64,000 bases of DNA from Catajapyx aquilonaris (Eukaryota): the NCBI GenBank assembly GCA_000934665.2, contig KZ538015.1, positions 1-64,000 on the forward strand, in the 5' to 3' direction. Shown piece after piece: positions 10,364 through 23,418 of the stretch. A program made the translations under genes and the position numbers. Below the pieces are notes generated by a model that saw only the letters and a program-made list of their open reading frames with translations, searched no databases and had not been told where the DNA came from. Numbering within the stretch: the stretch's first letter is position 1; each line of letters opens with the position of its first letter.

Positions 10364-12464
10364 TATATATATGGGGAAATATCGCGCAGCTTTTTTCTGG
10401 AGAGTGAATATGGCTCTTGCAATTTATAGAGGGTATAATATTATTATCGACACATTGATGTGGTGACGTCAGTGCCGCAACTGTATACCTGAATTTGGCG
10501 CAAGAAGACCTAATCATATGTTTACCCATAAATATTTAGCTCGGTGTAAATCTTCGCTGTAGGGAACATAAATTATAAGGAATTATGGCGACTTTAAAAC
10601 CAACCTTGGGTTTTTTTTTTCCGGATAATTCGACGTTTTAATAGTTTTTGAGACTATCCATTGTACAGTGATTAATACCCTTGCATCTGGCCGCCTTTTC
10701 TTTGTTATACCTTGGTTATACCCTTTACTTCATCTGGGCATCATATGCTTAACTGCCCGTCAGAACTTGACGGTACGTCAATATTGGCCGGATTTAATTA
10801 ATGTGGTCATTACAGATGGCGGTACAAAGTGATGATCATAATTATTCAAACAGCTAAGCTAGACACTGGAGTGATGATTGATATAGGATGACCAGGTGAC
10901 AAAAAAATTGAGTTGCGTTAGTTATGCAAATGGCTTGGGAATGAAGACAGCAAGAAGAAAAACGCCTTGGAATTATCGCTCGAGATATTCATCTAACGAT
11001 TATATTTGCTCTAGCTCAGTCCTCTGCGCCTGCGCCTTGCGGTTCCCCCATGCAGTACTTGTATGTATTATTATACGTGGCTTAGAGCAAATAAATTTTT
11101 AAGGAGCATGGAAGCAATTGCGGCATAGGAGTGATGAAATATGCAAATTTTGGTGTCACGTGAAGCTCGTTGCCAACTCGGTGTGGTCGTAAATAATTTT
11201 TGCGCGCTAAATCACCTCAGCATGTTTTTTTTCCCCACTTACCGGAACTGTTGCATTTCTAATTATTATGTTCAAATAAATTGCATGCATGTTCAATGTT
11301 CTGTAATAGTGGACATTATTGCAATTCATATTATTAGTTAAGTTACGCCTAATCTTAGTAGTCCTTATAGTCGATAGTCATTAAGGTACAATGAGCGCGG
11401 AATCCATATATACGGAAGCTATAAGAATGGACCTGTTATTGATTAGAAATTATTCGGTATGATTTCTGATGAAGTTGGAGGTAGACATTACATATTGATA
11501 TGCGTTGTATGTTTTATGAATATGATGCTAAAAAGCTTTCATGTATTTCCAAAAGGCAACGGTCAGTCAGAGACACACCAATAGGTACGCAAGCAGACCT
11601 TAGTGCATCAAGGAATGGCATTGTTTTGGACCTGTTGCGCTCTTGTTTGTGCAAAAAAGGTGAGCAGGACTTGATGCCTGCAACAATGGCAGATGAAACA
11701 GAAAAGTTGTGCAACTAATTAAAATAGTTTTTGTACACTATATTGTGCAGCCCCCACACACAAAAAAACACATTGCATGCAAGTCGCACTACTCGCACAC
11801 CATCCTATATGTGTTTGTGCATGACGTCACGCCCACATAGTAATTTATGTGCGAATATGTGTTTCTCAGATCACTTTGAGCATAACTTGAGTCACATGGT
11901 TATAGCAACAACGGAAAATAGAAATCGCAACAATCAAACCGCGCTTCGTCCCATTGTTGTTGTATTGTTGCAGGGTGCTTGTTTGTGACCTTTGCTGCAA
12001 GTAAGCTGATTTATTTCGCATGGTGAGTAGGAACATCAATGTTCCATAATATGTAAGTAGGGGGTCTATACACTATATACGTCGCATGTGTTATTGTTAC
12101 GCCGCCAACAATGCCGCTTATTGAACCCCCTGGTATCCGGCCAGACACTTCCTAGACGCCAAAAACCACCACAAAACCCATCCACCTGCCTCCAACCCAG
12201 GTCCATCTCTAACAATATAATTTATATCTAATGCGGTTCCGAATTGACACAACTTGCATGTATCCACATTCGCCCCATACCACACCAAACTCCAGGCCAA
12301 AACCCCCTGAAAACCCTATGAAACCGTCCCATATTATTGCCCCACGTCCACCGCCGAACCCTTCCCAACAATTCGGGTCCATCCCTCGCATTGTTGGGCA
12401 ACAGAGCGGGTGCGACACCCCTACAGCGGACCCAAACCCGGGTTCGGTCTTGCCGAGTTGGATC

Positions 12465-12477
12465 CAAGATGGCCGCC
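12465..12477 (+). promoter_or_regulatory. YY1/Pho-type motif in GC-rich promoter of the SWIB gene
   Basis: CAAGATGGCCGCC ~120 bp upstream of the ATG, matching the YY1 CAAGATGGC core typical near housekeeping TSSs. Confidence 0.55.
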
Positions 12478-12595
12478 TCCTGCAGCTATCCCCCTACCCG
12501 TGTAGAGTGTAGTTGGTGGCGTTGCCGCGCGGGGTCTCCACTGGTCTCCTCCTCTCTTCTCTACTCTTGTTCCCCCTACGCTTCTGGCATAGGAA

Positions 12596-12638
12596 ATGGC
12601 GGATGTGAGCACCCAGCAGCTGCGTAAGGAGATTGCCG
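12596..12638 (+). CDS. SWIB gene coding exon 1
   Basis: MADVSTQQLRKEIA+G then gtaagt; phase 1. Confidence 0.88.
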
Positions 12639-15600
12639 GTAAGTCCACCATTCTCTGCATGTTGGCTTCCCGGACGGATCCCCGACCCGGGTTACGCTGG
12701 GGGAAGGTTCGGAGCGTCGTTCAACACCAGTTGCAACACAGGGGCGGACTCGGGGCGGGAGAAATCATGGGATATTTGAAGCCCCCCCCCCAACCCATCC
12801 TCTTTTTATGGAACGCAAAATCCGAACCCGATCCCGCCGCCCGCTTGGGGAGCCAGCCAGCGCCCCCTGGTGGTGGTTGTGCATGAAAGCAGGGTGCTGG
12901 CCCAGGGGCACAATTTTGCATGGGGTTTTTTTTATATGGGGGGGCCAGTTCGGAGCTTGGCGTTGGGTTATACGTTTTCAGGGGGTGGGGTTGGGAGGAT
13001 AGAGGAAGGGAGGGGTGGGGAGGGGGGGTAGGGGGGAAAGAGTGGGTGGGGAGGGTGGGTGGGAAGCTTGTGGGGTTCAAGCTCCTACCGTATCCATCTC
13101 AAGCCGCCCGGTCCCCACCTTCCCACCCTACGAGCTCTACCCACATACATTGATGGGGAAGGCATTCGGAGGACCCCCACCATCACTGCTCTTTTTCTTG
13201 ATGTGTCATGTCGAGTCTGCAGTAGGAGAAAGTGGAGGTGGATTTTGTCTTCTTTTTTCCCCCCCTTCAAAGTCAGCTAAATTACATTACACCCAAGTAT
13301 ATAATGCAGCCAGTAATTACATCAAAATCAGCAAAAAAATTTAATTCTACGAATGAATACATGTAACCTGGTATTGACAGGAAAATACTCAGATAAATTC
13401 ACACCCATGACTCTGTACAACAATTTTTAAAAAATATAAAAAATGCAGCCAGTACATACCGGTACAGCAAAATCAGTAAAAATTAACCAGCAAATGAAGA
13501 CATAATAATAAGAATAATAAGAATAATAATAATAATAATTCATACCCCGTTATCAGCCGGCGGCTCTTTAGGGGGGATTTTTTTTGACTGGAACTCTTCG
13601 TTTCGTTTTTACTGCGCTTTTTGGGATAGGATAGGAAAGGAAGGAGGCGGCTGTGGCCTATTAGTTTAGGAAACAACTCCGGAGCAAATGAAGACATTAA
13701 AAAATAACAAGTAGTGACACTCATTCACACCGAAGTATTACTCCATACAGTAAGAAAAATATTGCAGCTGGTAATTACATCAAATCACAGCAAATCAAGA
13801 CTTTAATTTATTTTTAAATGTAGTGACAGGAAAATACTCGTTCACACCCTTACTCGTTACAGTAAGAAAACATTTCAGACAGTAATTACGTCAAAATCAG
13901 TAAAAAATTGCGAATTGAGACCGACCTGTTTGTAAAAAAATTGTAACGGCGAAAATTGAAATGGAATGTAAATGGAGGTGGGCCGGCTTTATTATTAAAC
14001 ATGAATGGAAGCAAAATTAAGTTGGTGAAATGCCAATCAAGTAAGTGGGCATACTAGGCTGTATTGTATTTAGGCACCTAATTGGGTGAGAGGAATTAGC
14101 TGCAAATATGCAACAAATAATGGAAACAAAAACATCCACTTGTGTATAATGATGGAAGTGTTTGGAGGACACTCCGCGTTTATAATGTCTGGAGCACTGC
14201 TGGAGGCCATGGAGGTTGATATTGCGCACGGAATTTAATAGCAAAAATTAAAATGGCAAAATGGTAAAGTAAGTGTATAAAACGCGGCAAATACAGTGAA
14301 ACCTGCCAAATCTGCTACGCTTGATGTGCCAAGCAGGTTTGTGTTGTATACACCAGAAATGCATTGAAAACCTGCTGGGACCAAACAAAAGTTACACAAT
14401 GTGGAAGTTTCAGGTGTATCAGGTTACAGATGCGTTTTCTAGTGAGGATGAGAAAGTTATAATGGATACACTATAGACACCTTTAGGAATTTGTAAAAAA
14501 ATTCTTGATGCTGAAAGTCATGCAGTGGGTTTATACAGGGGAATCATGCAGGCCCATACAATAATAAATGTAGGTTGTCAATTTAAGGTTAATGTCACCT
14601 GTAGGACAGGTTCAGAGGGAAAAATAATGCCTAGACTGCAAAAAGAAGAAAAAAATGCAGACAAGCTTCTGTGAGAAGACTTGGTGGGATGAAAATTAGG
14701 CGTGAGAAAAATCACCCTTTCAGGTGAACAGTTGGCAATAGTCCCACAAATTTGGCATTCAAGAAGCATTCAGACTTGCGGGAACTAATTCGGGGACTTA
14801 CAGTGAGCCTTAAATTTTTTTTCTCTCCTAATGTAGTGTTGTCTGATGTAGGGGAAACTTGTCTAGTACAGAAATATTTTGTGAAATGAGCAAAATAATA
14901 CAGTACTCTGCTGCGAAACAATTATTTCCTGCACATCTGATGGAGAGTTGCATTCTTCACAAATGTTTGCTGCTCTCGAGGAAAATAATAGACAAGTGCA
15001 TCAAAGCAATTGTTTTAAATGTGGTTCAAAAACTGACGTAACTTTGGCTGCCAGTTGTGTTGAGCAGGTTACAGAATGCCAATTTATTATTGCAATTAAA
15101 TTTTAAGTGCGATCCAGACTGTAAATAGAGCCTGAGCAATTTGCATTGCTTGAAGTCGCATTTTTAAGCGAATTGGTGGGGGGAGTCCTATTAAAAGAGG
15201 TGTAAAAATAGTTTGGTTAGGGCAGGAGAAAATGTGGGTTTGTTAGTTTTTGCCCCTCCTCTCTCCTCACACAGCATGGGTAGGGGATGTCGATGCTGGA
15301 GGGAAACATAAAGACGGCTGCAGGAGCATCTCTTTAAAGAGGAGATGGCATCCAGGGGATTTGCTAAAAATAATACGATTGAATGCCTGCTACATTGTTG
15401 AAAATTGAGGGCCTTAGCGCAATGAGTAGTATGCATTATTTGTAAAAGTTGGCTGCACTTGACTGGTCACAGGAAATTGTATAATTAAATTATGCGCTGC
15501 CTTTACATATCAGTTGTAAGGAAAGATAATGTGAGGATGATTGCCGTTGCATCAGTGCACTTGTGCCAAGACCCTCTATTTTCAACTGATTGTCTCCCAG

Positions 15601-18600
15601 AGCTGTGTAGGTATGCAAGGGAGCAATCAGAATTTACACAGTGTTTCATGCACATTTTAGCAAGTGAATGGCTTGCGCAGGTTGTTGGTGGTAGCAGGTA
15701 TTTGATGCTTAATGCTTTTAAGTTAATGAGCATATTTCATAGTCATACCACAACAGAGGAGGCTTAAGCCATTCAGTTGCACTTATAATCATGTTTTTGT
15801 CTTCAAGTGTAAACAACATGAACCTTTTGCATGTTGTGTTTATATATTTTTTGCATTCACGAGTTACTTTCATTATAATTTTTCTTCGTTTAATTGGTGG
15901 TGTTTTGACTAGATAACCCAATGGATATGTAGCAAGTAACTGCCAATGTGTAGACTTTCCATTCGCAAAGTATGGGGGACAGTTTGCATGGTTCAGTTTG
16001 TTTTTTTTCCTCCAACTTTTGTGCATTAATTTTCAGGGCAATGAACTTGTTTGCATATATTTGGGTTGGCTGGTTTTTTCAAAATATAATTTATTTTACC
16101 TCTTCGGTATTTTCTAGTATGCAATTAAAATCATAATTATGGTAAAGGTATTTTGCATGGAATGCAAACCTTGGTTACATACTTTTAGGAAAGGTATAAG
16201 TAGGGAATATAATTTACCACTGTTGCACATAACAATCATGGGGGACATGATTTCATTGTCTTAAAAGTAATTTAAATTAACAGTGATCTGCAAGAACTTG
16301 GCTTTTACTACCTGCAAGTAGAGCAGCCTTTATTATTACGTATTTATTACGTTTATGTCAACACAGAGAAAAGGTATTCCACAATTTCCATGTGAAAGAC
16401 ACACTGCTCTGTAGACATTGATGTCCAACAGTGCATGGTGTGGGAGGAATAATAAACTCCGTGGATCCATTAGTTATATGGAAAACCTCACGATGGGACT
16501 TGATTGGGGAGGATGAGTAGTATTTATTATAGGAACTGGTTAGTATGTTTAATAGGAAATAAGTTAATTAATGTTTCGATTCTGTAGAAGTGATGGCATT
16601 ACTGATTAGTTATGATGGGGCAAGATAACTTCCGCCACTAAACATTAATGTTAAAACAGCTAGTGAAATAGCAACTCACCAGCCCAGATTTTTGAAAAAT
16701 GAGAATCAAAACAGAACTGTGTTGCTCTGTGCATATTTTTAGGATTAGCTAGTGCAAAAAAAAAAAAAAAAAGTGGTTCATGGTAATACTAATTGCTGCT
16801 ATCTTTAATCAGTGTGATAGCGATTTATAGTGTCCCTGCAAAGCTAGTAAAAAAAAACCTATAATGTGAAGTAGAATATTCTCGAGCTTTTGAATAAACA
16901 AATGATTCTCATGTTGGTGATTTATTATTAAGTGGAACCTCATTTGATTAAATAATAATGACAATTCATGCAACGTGACTGTGCAAATATAGAAATTATC
17001 AAGTTATGAAACAATACTATGTAAGCTAAGTATTGCAATAAGCGTAAGCATATAGGCATTTGGCACCCGTGTAAATTAATTACATCCTTGTCAGCTTCAA
17101 TTCTTATTTGTGCAATAATAGCACATTAATGGATTGAATTAGTAATGAAGTAGACATTGACTTTGGCCACTTAGTCAATTAAGTAGCCTAGGAGCCAGTT
17201 CAGGAAGACTTAGTTCCAATTGTTTTAACAAAATTAGGACTAGCAGAGTTAACAGAGAATGTTAAATAATGCCATTAAAGTGCAAAACTGAGGTAACTTA
17301 CCTGATTAACATGGATTTGGCCTCACCTAATCTGACGCATAGGCAGCTGGACTTGTGCGAGTGCTCTCCCCCATCCTGACTTGGTAACCCCAATGGTGAT
17401 GGTCTGCTACAATTCCTGCTCTGAAAGCATTTAGAAATACTTGTGGAAATAGGACTGCTTTGCTTTTTATTGCAAGTTCTAAAGTAGGATGCATGTTAGG
17501 TTTTTTTCTTCTCCTTTTTTTTCCAAGCTTGTAGCTCGCTAGTGCCATGCACTATTGCAAGTTTTAAAAATGCATGCTAGGCCTGCTAGAGTGGAGGTTA
17601 CTGCCACTATTTCTGAGCCACAATGTAGTGTGTTCATTAATTTATTGCGTATTTATGGACCTATGGGAATGTGCGACATGATATTACACCTAGTTTATAA
17701 TTGCAGTATAAATTCATATCACCTTCTTCAAAGACTTGGATCAGACTCTTGGGAGAGTTGGGACCCCTGACTGAAAAAAACACAGCAGTAAGTAATTTCT
17801 CCACCGATCTCTTGCAGGAACAGATTTTTTGTTTTGTCGTTCCCAATCTGCAGTTTGATTGTGTCGAAGTACTGCCTTTATCACTGATGGCTTCCTTTAT
17901 TGGACATCTTCTTGTCCACCCCCCTTTTGTTCTGATCCTTAGTCAAGTCCAGCGCTCTGTGTCAGATTTCAGAGACACAGAGATCATTGGAAAAATTGGC
18001 CTGTTATTTTGGTTTGTATTAGTAACCAAGTCATGCATTCTTATGACTTGGCAGATGCCTCAGGCTCTATCAGCCTAGTCACATCTAATATGTGACTTAG
18101 AAAGCGAGGAATAGCAAGGAAAAGGCAGAAAAAAAATCACCTTAAATTCATGGCACAAGACTTTAACAAAATGGGGGGCCCTTTTTACAGGTATCCTCAA
18201 AGGCGCTGACCTAGGCACTATCACTGCTAAGAAGGTGCGACAGCAGCTTGAAGAGAAGCTAAAGACAGATTTGCTAGACAGGTACTGTGTCAGTAGCTCT
18301 TGTGTCATTTAAGAATTCACTACCACTTTTTGGTAGTAGAGATGTTACTGGATTTAGCAAGGGATTTTTTTCATCTATTAATTATCCATGTGTGATGCAT
18401 ATGTTTATGTGAATAAAACTATGAATCAATTCTTTGCAACCAAATATTAAATGAGTACGGCGCACTTACATTCTCTTACATTAGTACATTGTTATTCTTG
18501 CTGACATGTTGATAAGTCTGCTATATTGTGACCTGTTGTGGACTTAGGAAAAAGGAAGTAGACGACTTAGTCATGGCTTACCTTGATGAGAAGCAAGATG

Positions 18601-19771
18601 GGAAGGAGCTGAGCGAGGACAACGAGGAGGAGGAGGAGGATGAGGACGAGGAGGACGAGGAAGATGACAAGCCCAAGAAGACCACTAAGAGAACGGCAGC
18701 AGCCAAGAAGGGCAGCAGTGAGGAGAGTGAAGACGAGTCCGAGGGGAAGGGGAGCGATGAGGACTACAACCCATCTGCCAAAAAGGCCAAAGGCGGCGCA
18801 GGAGGAAAGAAGGGAGCTGGCGTTGCAGGTGGTGGCGGGAGGAAGAAGAGGGGCAGTGAGAGCGACGACTCAGATGAAGACTGGAATAAGAGCCGGAGGA
18901 CTGGCGGCGGTGCGGGTGGTGGCGGCGGCGGAGGAGGAGGTGGCGCTGCTCCTCCTAAGAAGCCACCGGCGGTGAGTTTGTTGGAATTGATGACTGTGCA
19001 CGCCAATATTATATTGGATTTATTCATGTGAAGTTTACATGTGACATGCATTGTGAAGAATCTAGACATTGTCTTCTTGTTTTATTGTGTACAGCAGGCC
19101 GGCGGTGGCGCTCCAGGCGGCAAGCGTGAGACTGGCTACACTCGCACCTGCAAGCTGAGTCCTGAGCTGGCAGATGTAGTGGGCACAGAGTACATGGCCC
19201 GCCATGAGGTTGTCAAGAAGGTCTGGAGCATCATCAAGGAGAGGAATCTTTATGTAAGTTTCCTTGCTAGCAAATCTTGCCAAAAAAGTGCACCAAGGTT
19301 CACATACATTATTTTCCTCCTGCAGGATCCCAAGAACAAGCAGTTTGCTATCTGCGACGACCAGCTCCTGAAGGTCTTTGGTAAGTGCCACTTTAATGTG
19401 CTCCATTTGTTAGGGAAAACATAAATTTCTTTAAAATGGCCTTGTTATGCAGAAATCTTTCTCAATATTCATGAAATAATTCTAATAACCTTGTAATTAT
19501 TAATCACAGTACTTAATGAACAGACTGTCTCAGTGAAGGAAACCTTGTGTAATTTATAGCAATTTTATGGGATGATAGTCAATTGAGACAAACTTTTCAA
19601 GTAGTGTATTTCTTATTAGCTGATTAGAATTTGTTAAAATCTGAATTTAGAATTGTATGACTATAAAGTGCTGTGATGATTTAAACATGACCTTTTTGGC
19701 TTGATGCAGGTGTGAAGAGATTCCGCACCTTTGGGATGATGAAGTATCTGAAGAATCACTTCGTTGATTAA
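12596..19771 (+). CDS. DEK-C + SWIB/MDM2 domain protein (upstream activation factor subunit UAF30/spp27-like), 6 exons, 277 aa
   Basis: join(12596..12638,18191..18281,18548..18971,19095..19253,19326..19380,19710..19771) = 834 nt, all GT-AG. N-terminal DEK-C (LRKEIAGILKGADLGTITAKKVRQQLEEKLKTDLLDRKKEVDDLV), acidic/Lys/Gly linker, C-terminal SWIB (CKLSPELADVVGTEYMARHEVVKKVWSIIKERNLYDPKNKQFAICDDQLLKVFGVKRFRTFGMMKYLKNHF). Confidence 0.93.
13303..13910. repeat. Degenerate ~115-140 bp tandem repeat, about 4 copies, interrupted by a SINE
   Basis: GCAGCCAGTAATTACATCAAAATCAG-like motif at ~13303, 13442, 13761, 13873; GACAGGAAAATACTC...TTCACACC recurs between them. Confidence 0.7.
13504..13682 (-). mobile_element. 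5'-truncated copy of the same SINE, 15-bp TSD
   Basis: Reverse complement matches the 3' half of 2335-2627 (GCGGCTGTGGCCTATT...AGGAAACAACTCCGG); (AAT)n tail 13504-13538; TSD AGCAAATGAAGACAT at 13489-13503 and 13683-13697. Confidence 0.92.
18191..18281 (+). CDS. SWIB gene coding exon 2 (DEK-C)
   Basis: tttttacag|GT ATC CTC AAA ... GAC AG|gtactg. Confidence 0.92.
18548..18971 (+). CDS. SWIB gene coding exon 3 (acidic/Lys/Gly linker)
   Basis: cttag|G AAA AAG GAA ... CCG GCG|gtgagt. Confidence 0.92.
19095..19253 (+). CDS. SWIB gene coding exon 4
   Basis: tacag|CAG|GCC tandem acceptor (alternative start 19098); ends CTT TAT|gtaagt. Confidence 0.92.
19326..19380 (+). CDS. SWIB gene coding exon 5
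   Basis: ctgcag|GAT CCC AAG ... TTT G|gtaagt. Confidence 0.92.
19710..19771 (+). CDS. SWIB gene last coding exon
   Basis: atgcag|GT GTG AAG AGA ... GTT GAT TAA. Confidence 0.92.
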
Positions 19772-22700
19772 TCAGCGTCTACAAACATGACAATTCGGGA
19801 TTGTAGTCAGTCTGATGCGTCCAGTTTTACTGTACTGAAACACACCTCCCATAAAAATACAAAAAAAGAGAAATGAAAACCAACAAAAAAAATTCAGTGG
19901 TAAATAGATTGGCCTCCAGAGAGTCCATATCATGGAGAATTGTGAAGGTCTTGGGACTTCAATCTGGGAAGATTTCAAAAATAACAATTGTAATATTAAT
20001 AATCTGCTGTGTGGAGAAAGTTCCGTTTTCTCAGTTCAAGTGACTGCAGTAATCGACGTGCATTGTCTATGCCTGTGTATCTTTCTTTTTGTTGGTAGGC
20101 GTAAATTGGATGCTGATTCACTTCATTATTAACATTAGAAGTACCTTTTTGCGTGGAGAGGGAAAGCATATTAGGAGAAAATGCGGTAATTGTGGTAGAA
20201 TGTTTTAAGTGCAGTTTCGATGCTTTCCTCGCTAGCATAAAAAATGAAAAAAAAAAGAGTATTTAAAAAATAAGCTCCACTGACTGCTATTTAGTGCGTG
20301 GATGGATCCAAAGCAGTTGTAGTGACCTCCCTTTTTTTTACGATTTGTGTTTTAATTTCTATTTGACATGTAGCAGGCCTATTGTTTCATCTTTCTGCCT
20401 GAATCGACTTATTCCATTTTGTAGTCTTGACTTTTCCTTCTTAGGTTGATTTATGTGAAATCGCATCCCCATTTTTCATTGAGTTTTCTTTTATTGTCAC
20501 TGCCCACATGTCCCAAACCAGGACTGAAGGAAAAAAAAAATACATAATTAAATAAATAAAAAAAATTGGTAGGCTCGTTCATTCACTGTGACCACGTTTT
20601 TCTCATCTCGAAGTACAGCTTCATTCCTGTGGTAGGACTTGCTCTCATGAAGGTACAAAGGATCTATTTGTCACGTTAGTTGTGTAACTACTATTACCAG
20701 TAGATGCTGATTCTTCCAAAGTGTGTGTTTTTTATTTCGTCGGTAAGATGAAAGACTGGCATTTTTGTGAGTTATTTTCATGATAATTACAGCACCATAC
20801 ATTTTATCACCATCAGAATAATAAAATAAAAAAACCAATTACTTACCACTCTTATGCTGTCATTAATTCGTGACAAGGAGAGATAATCAATATTAAACGA
20901 AATACGAAAAAAAGAGAAGGGCTTGGTCCCTCCACACTATATTATTGTAGCTGTGAACCTTTTCCCCCTCCCATCCTCACCCGATTGAAGTTTCTTAATT
21001 TCTCAATATCATCTGACGGCTGATTTTGAGTTAGCTGGTGTGATTTATTTTCTGCGCAGGTGGCATGTTTGTAGATGGATTCCACCTGCAAGTGTTTCTT
21101 CTTGAATACGCTGCTTTTAATTTTGGTTTTATTATAGCTACTCCAGCCCAAATGCCTGAATATCATTTTCAAAAAACTTTTGCATGCCTTTTTTCCCCCC
21201 CCCCCCCAATAGTTTTGGGAGCAGGCATGCACATCAAGGTTTTCCCTCCCTTGGCTAGTTATGCTCAATATTTTGTGAGAAGTTGTGAGACGGGATTATC
21301 CTGTCGAGTTTCAGCAGTACTGGATCGCTCCTTATTTTTGCCTTTAAATGATCTCAGCGCAACATATGTTTCTAAGTGTGGTGGTGTTAAAAAGAAAATC
21401 ATGTAGCCTCATTCTGTCAAGTGTGTTGGAATTGGTAAAAGATCAAGGCAAACAACCCCCCCAACAATGAAAGAAATCCTAACAATAATTCCTTGATCTT
21501 GCACCGATCATGTCCAAATGTAGTGTTCAATGAAATTTATAATTTTTCTTTTTTCTCTCTTCCAACTTCCGTTGATTTGTCAAACTGGAAGGAGCAAGGT
21601 TGAGATAGACCTTGCGAAAAATGAGTTGCCAACTTTTAAATAATATTGTAACTTGGGCTGGGCAGGACGTGAAATTTGGATACGTGAGCAGTGTGAGTGT
21701 TTCGTGAGAATGTGAATTTAGTCTTGGTAGGGCATCATTTGAAGAGTTTTTATTTTGGTATTTTTGGTGACCCGCAATGGGATGTGAGACGAAAAAAAAA
21801 AAAAGAAGAAGAGATAATGGTGGGCATGACATTTTAAACTTCGTGACTTGGAATTTGGCTTCGTTTATTAAAAAATTTCAGTTTGACAGGGCTGGGGGAT
21901 TGTGGGGAAAATAATTTGGCAGGAATTATTATCAGGTTGTGAAACGATACTTTGCAAGTTCTTCCCAGTGCCTTTTAGTTTTTTTTTTGCAAAGCAGATT
22001 TGTTTCTTATTATTTATTTAAATACTTTTTTTTTTTTAAAACTACGAAGAGTACAACTGCATCGCAGAAATGCACAGGTTGAGAGCAAATTTTTTGACGG
22101 TTGCATTATTGACGTTGAAATTATTTTTTTTTGTGATAGTTTGTGGCTACTACTGATTGTGAAAGGACAAAATGCACTAGAGAGCAGCAACCACTTGCAT
22201 GGGACAAATCTATTTAAAACTGGGTACTTGATTGCTTAATTCAATGCAAACCGCCCTCCTTGCATTATTAACCAGAGAGAGAGAGAGTGAATTTTAAGAA
22301 GAAGAAAAAACCGATGTGTGGATTATTACGATTTTTAAAGGCTGTACAATTTTTGCCTTTTCCTCTCCCAGCAGCCACACCAATCCCGATCCCTCACATT
22401 GTAGGTGTGTATAGCATCTTAAGTCTCATTGTGAAAAAGGTGTACCTTTGACTGTTGGCGTAGTCACTCCCAGCATTGATCCTTTCTCTGTTTTTGTTGA
22501 TTCAGTTTGGATTTTTTTTCGGGTACAAATTTCTCAAGGCAGGCTTTGCATTGATCCCAGGAACAAGAAATAAAAAGCAGCGCGCGACTTGGGGATTGGT
22601 ACATTTCCGTGTAACAGTTTGTTACTGAAATGCGGACAGAAAGCTTGGGAGCAAAATCTGGCGATGGTCAAAATGAATCGAGTAAGTTGCGGCACGGAAA

Positions 22701-23354
22701 TTCACGAATCCCCAAGCTGCACCCTGTACATAATAAACATTCACACCCGAAAAGGAGATAAAAAAGTAAACAAAAACCTTGACTTACAAGTTAGTCCAGT
22801 GTATGTTAAGCGCATAAACTCAAAGTAGAATTTGCAGTAGGTTGTAATGAAGTAGGCTAGTTTTCGAATTATTAATAACATCTAATGTTTTTTGCAGTTG
22901 AAATGGCCGACCTGTAGTTTGTATGATAACTCGAAATAACTCTTGTGAATCATCGCTGGTATTTTTTAGAATTTTTCAGAAAAAAAAAATAATGGGAAAC
23001 TCAAGAGTGAAACAGACAATTGTGTATTTTATTGCAACAGCAGCAAAGTACATGAAAAAAGGGAAGAACCGATTTGTATTACTTTCTTTGTTGTATGGAT
23101 GTTGGATACAAATAAAACACCACCAGAAGTCGCTTTAACTTGCAAAAAAAAAAAAAACTACTGCTTATTGGAATAAAACCGTAACGTTTGCTTTGGTACA
23201 GTTAGCGAAAGTTGCGTGGTTTTGGTGGCTACAATAGTACATGTGTGGAGGGATGTAAAGACGTAGCAGTTATTAACTGTGCTACAGCCGAAAAATTATT
23301 TGCACGAATAAATTAACACTTATTAGCAACGGGCAAAGTAAAGTAAATCTGACT

Positions 23355-23360
23355 TTTATT
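23355..23360 (-). terminator. Probable CFAP206 poly(A) signal AATAAA
   Basis: TTTATT on + (AATAAA on -), ~60 nt after the CFAP206 stop. Confidence 0.6.
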
Positions 23361-23418
23361 TTGCAGGCAGAAAGCGTACAACTTCGATAAAAATTTGGGT
23401 GTTACTGAACTGCAAGTG

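Noticed and set aside
11556..11988. Two phase-compatible + strand exon-like blocks (ending AAAAAAG|gtgagc; starting tctcag|ATCAC)
   Set aside because: No compatible upstream exon or start and no recognisable product; too weak to call.
17294..17306. U1 snRNA 5' end-like ACTTACCTG
   Set aside because: No downstream U1 stem-loops; equals a chance reverse-complement splice donor.
18764..19406. Minus-strand Pro-rich and other ORFs
   Set aside because: Antisense shadows of the Gly-rich and SWIB exons.
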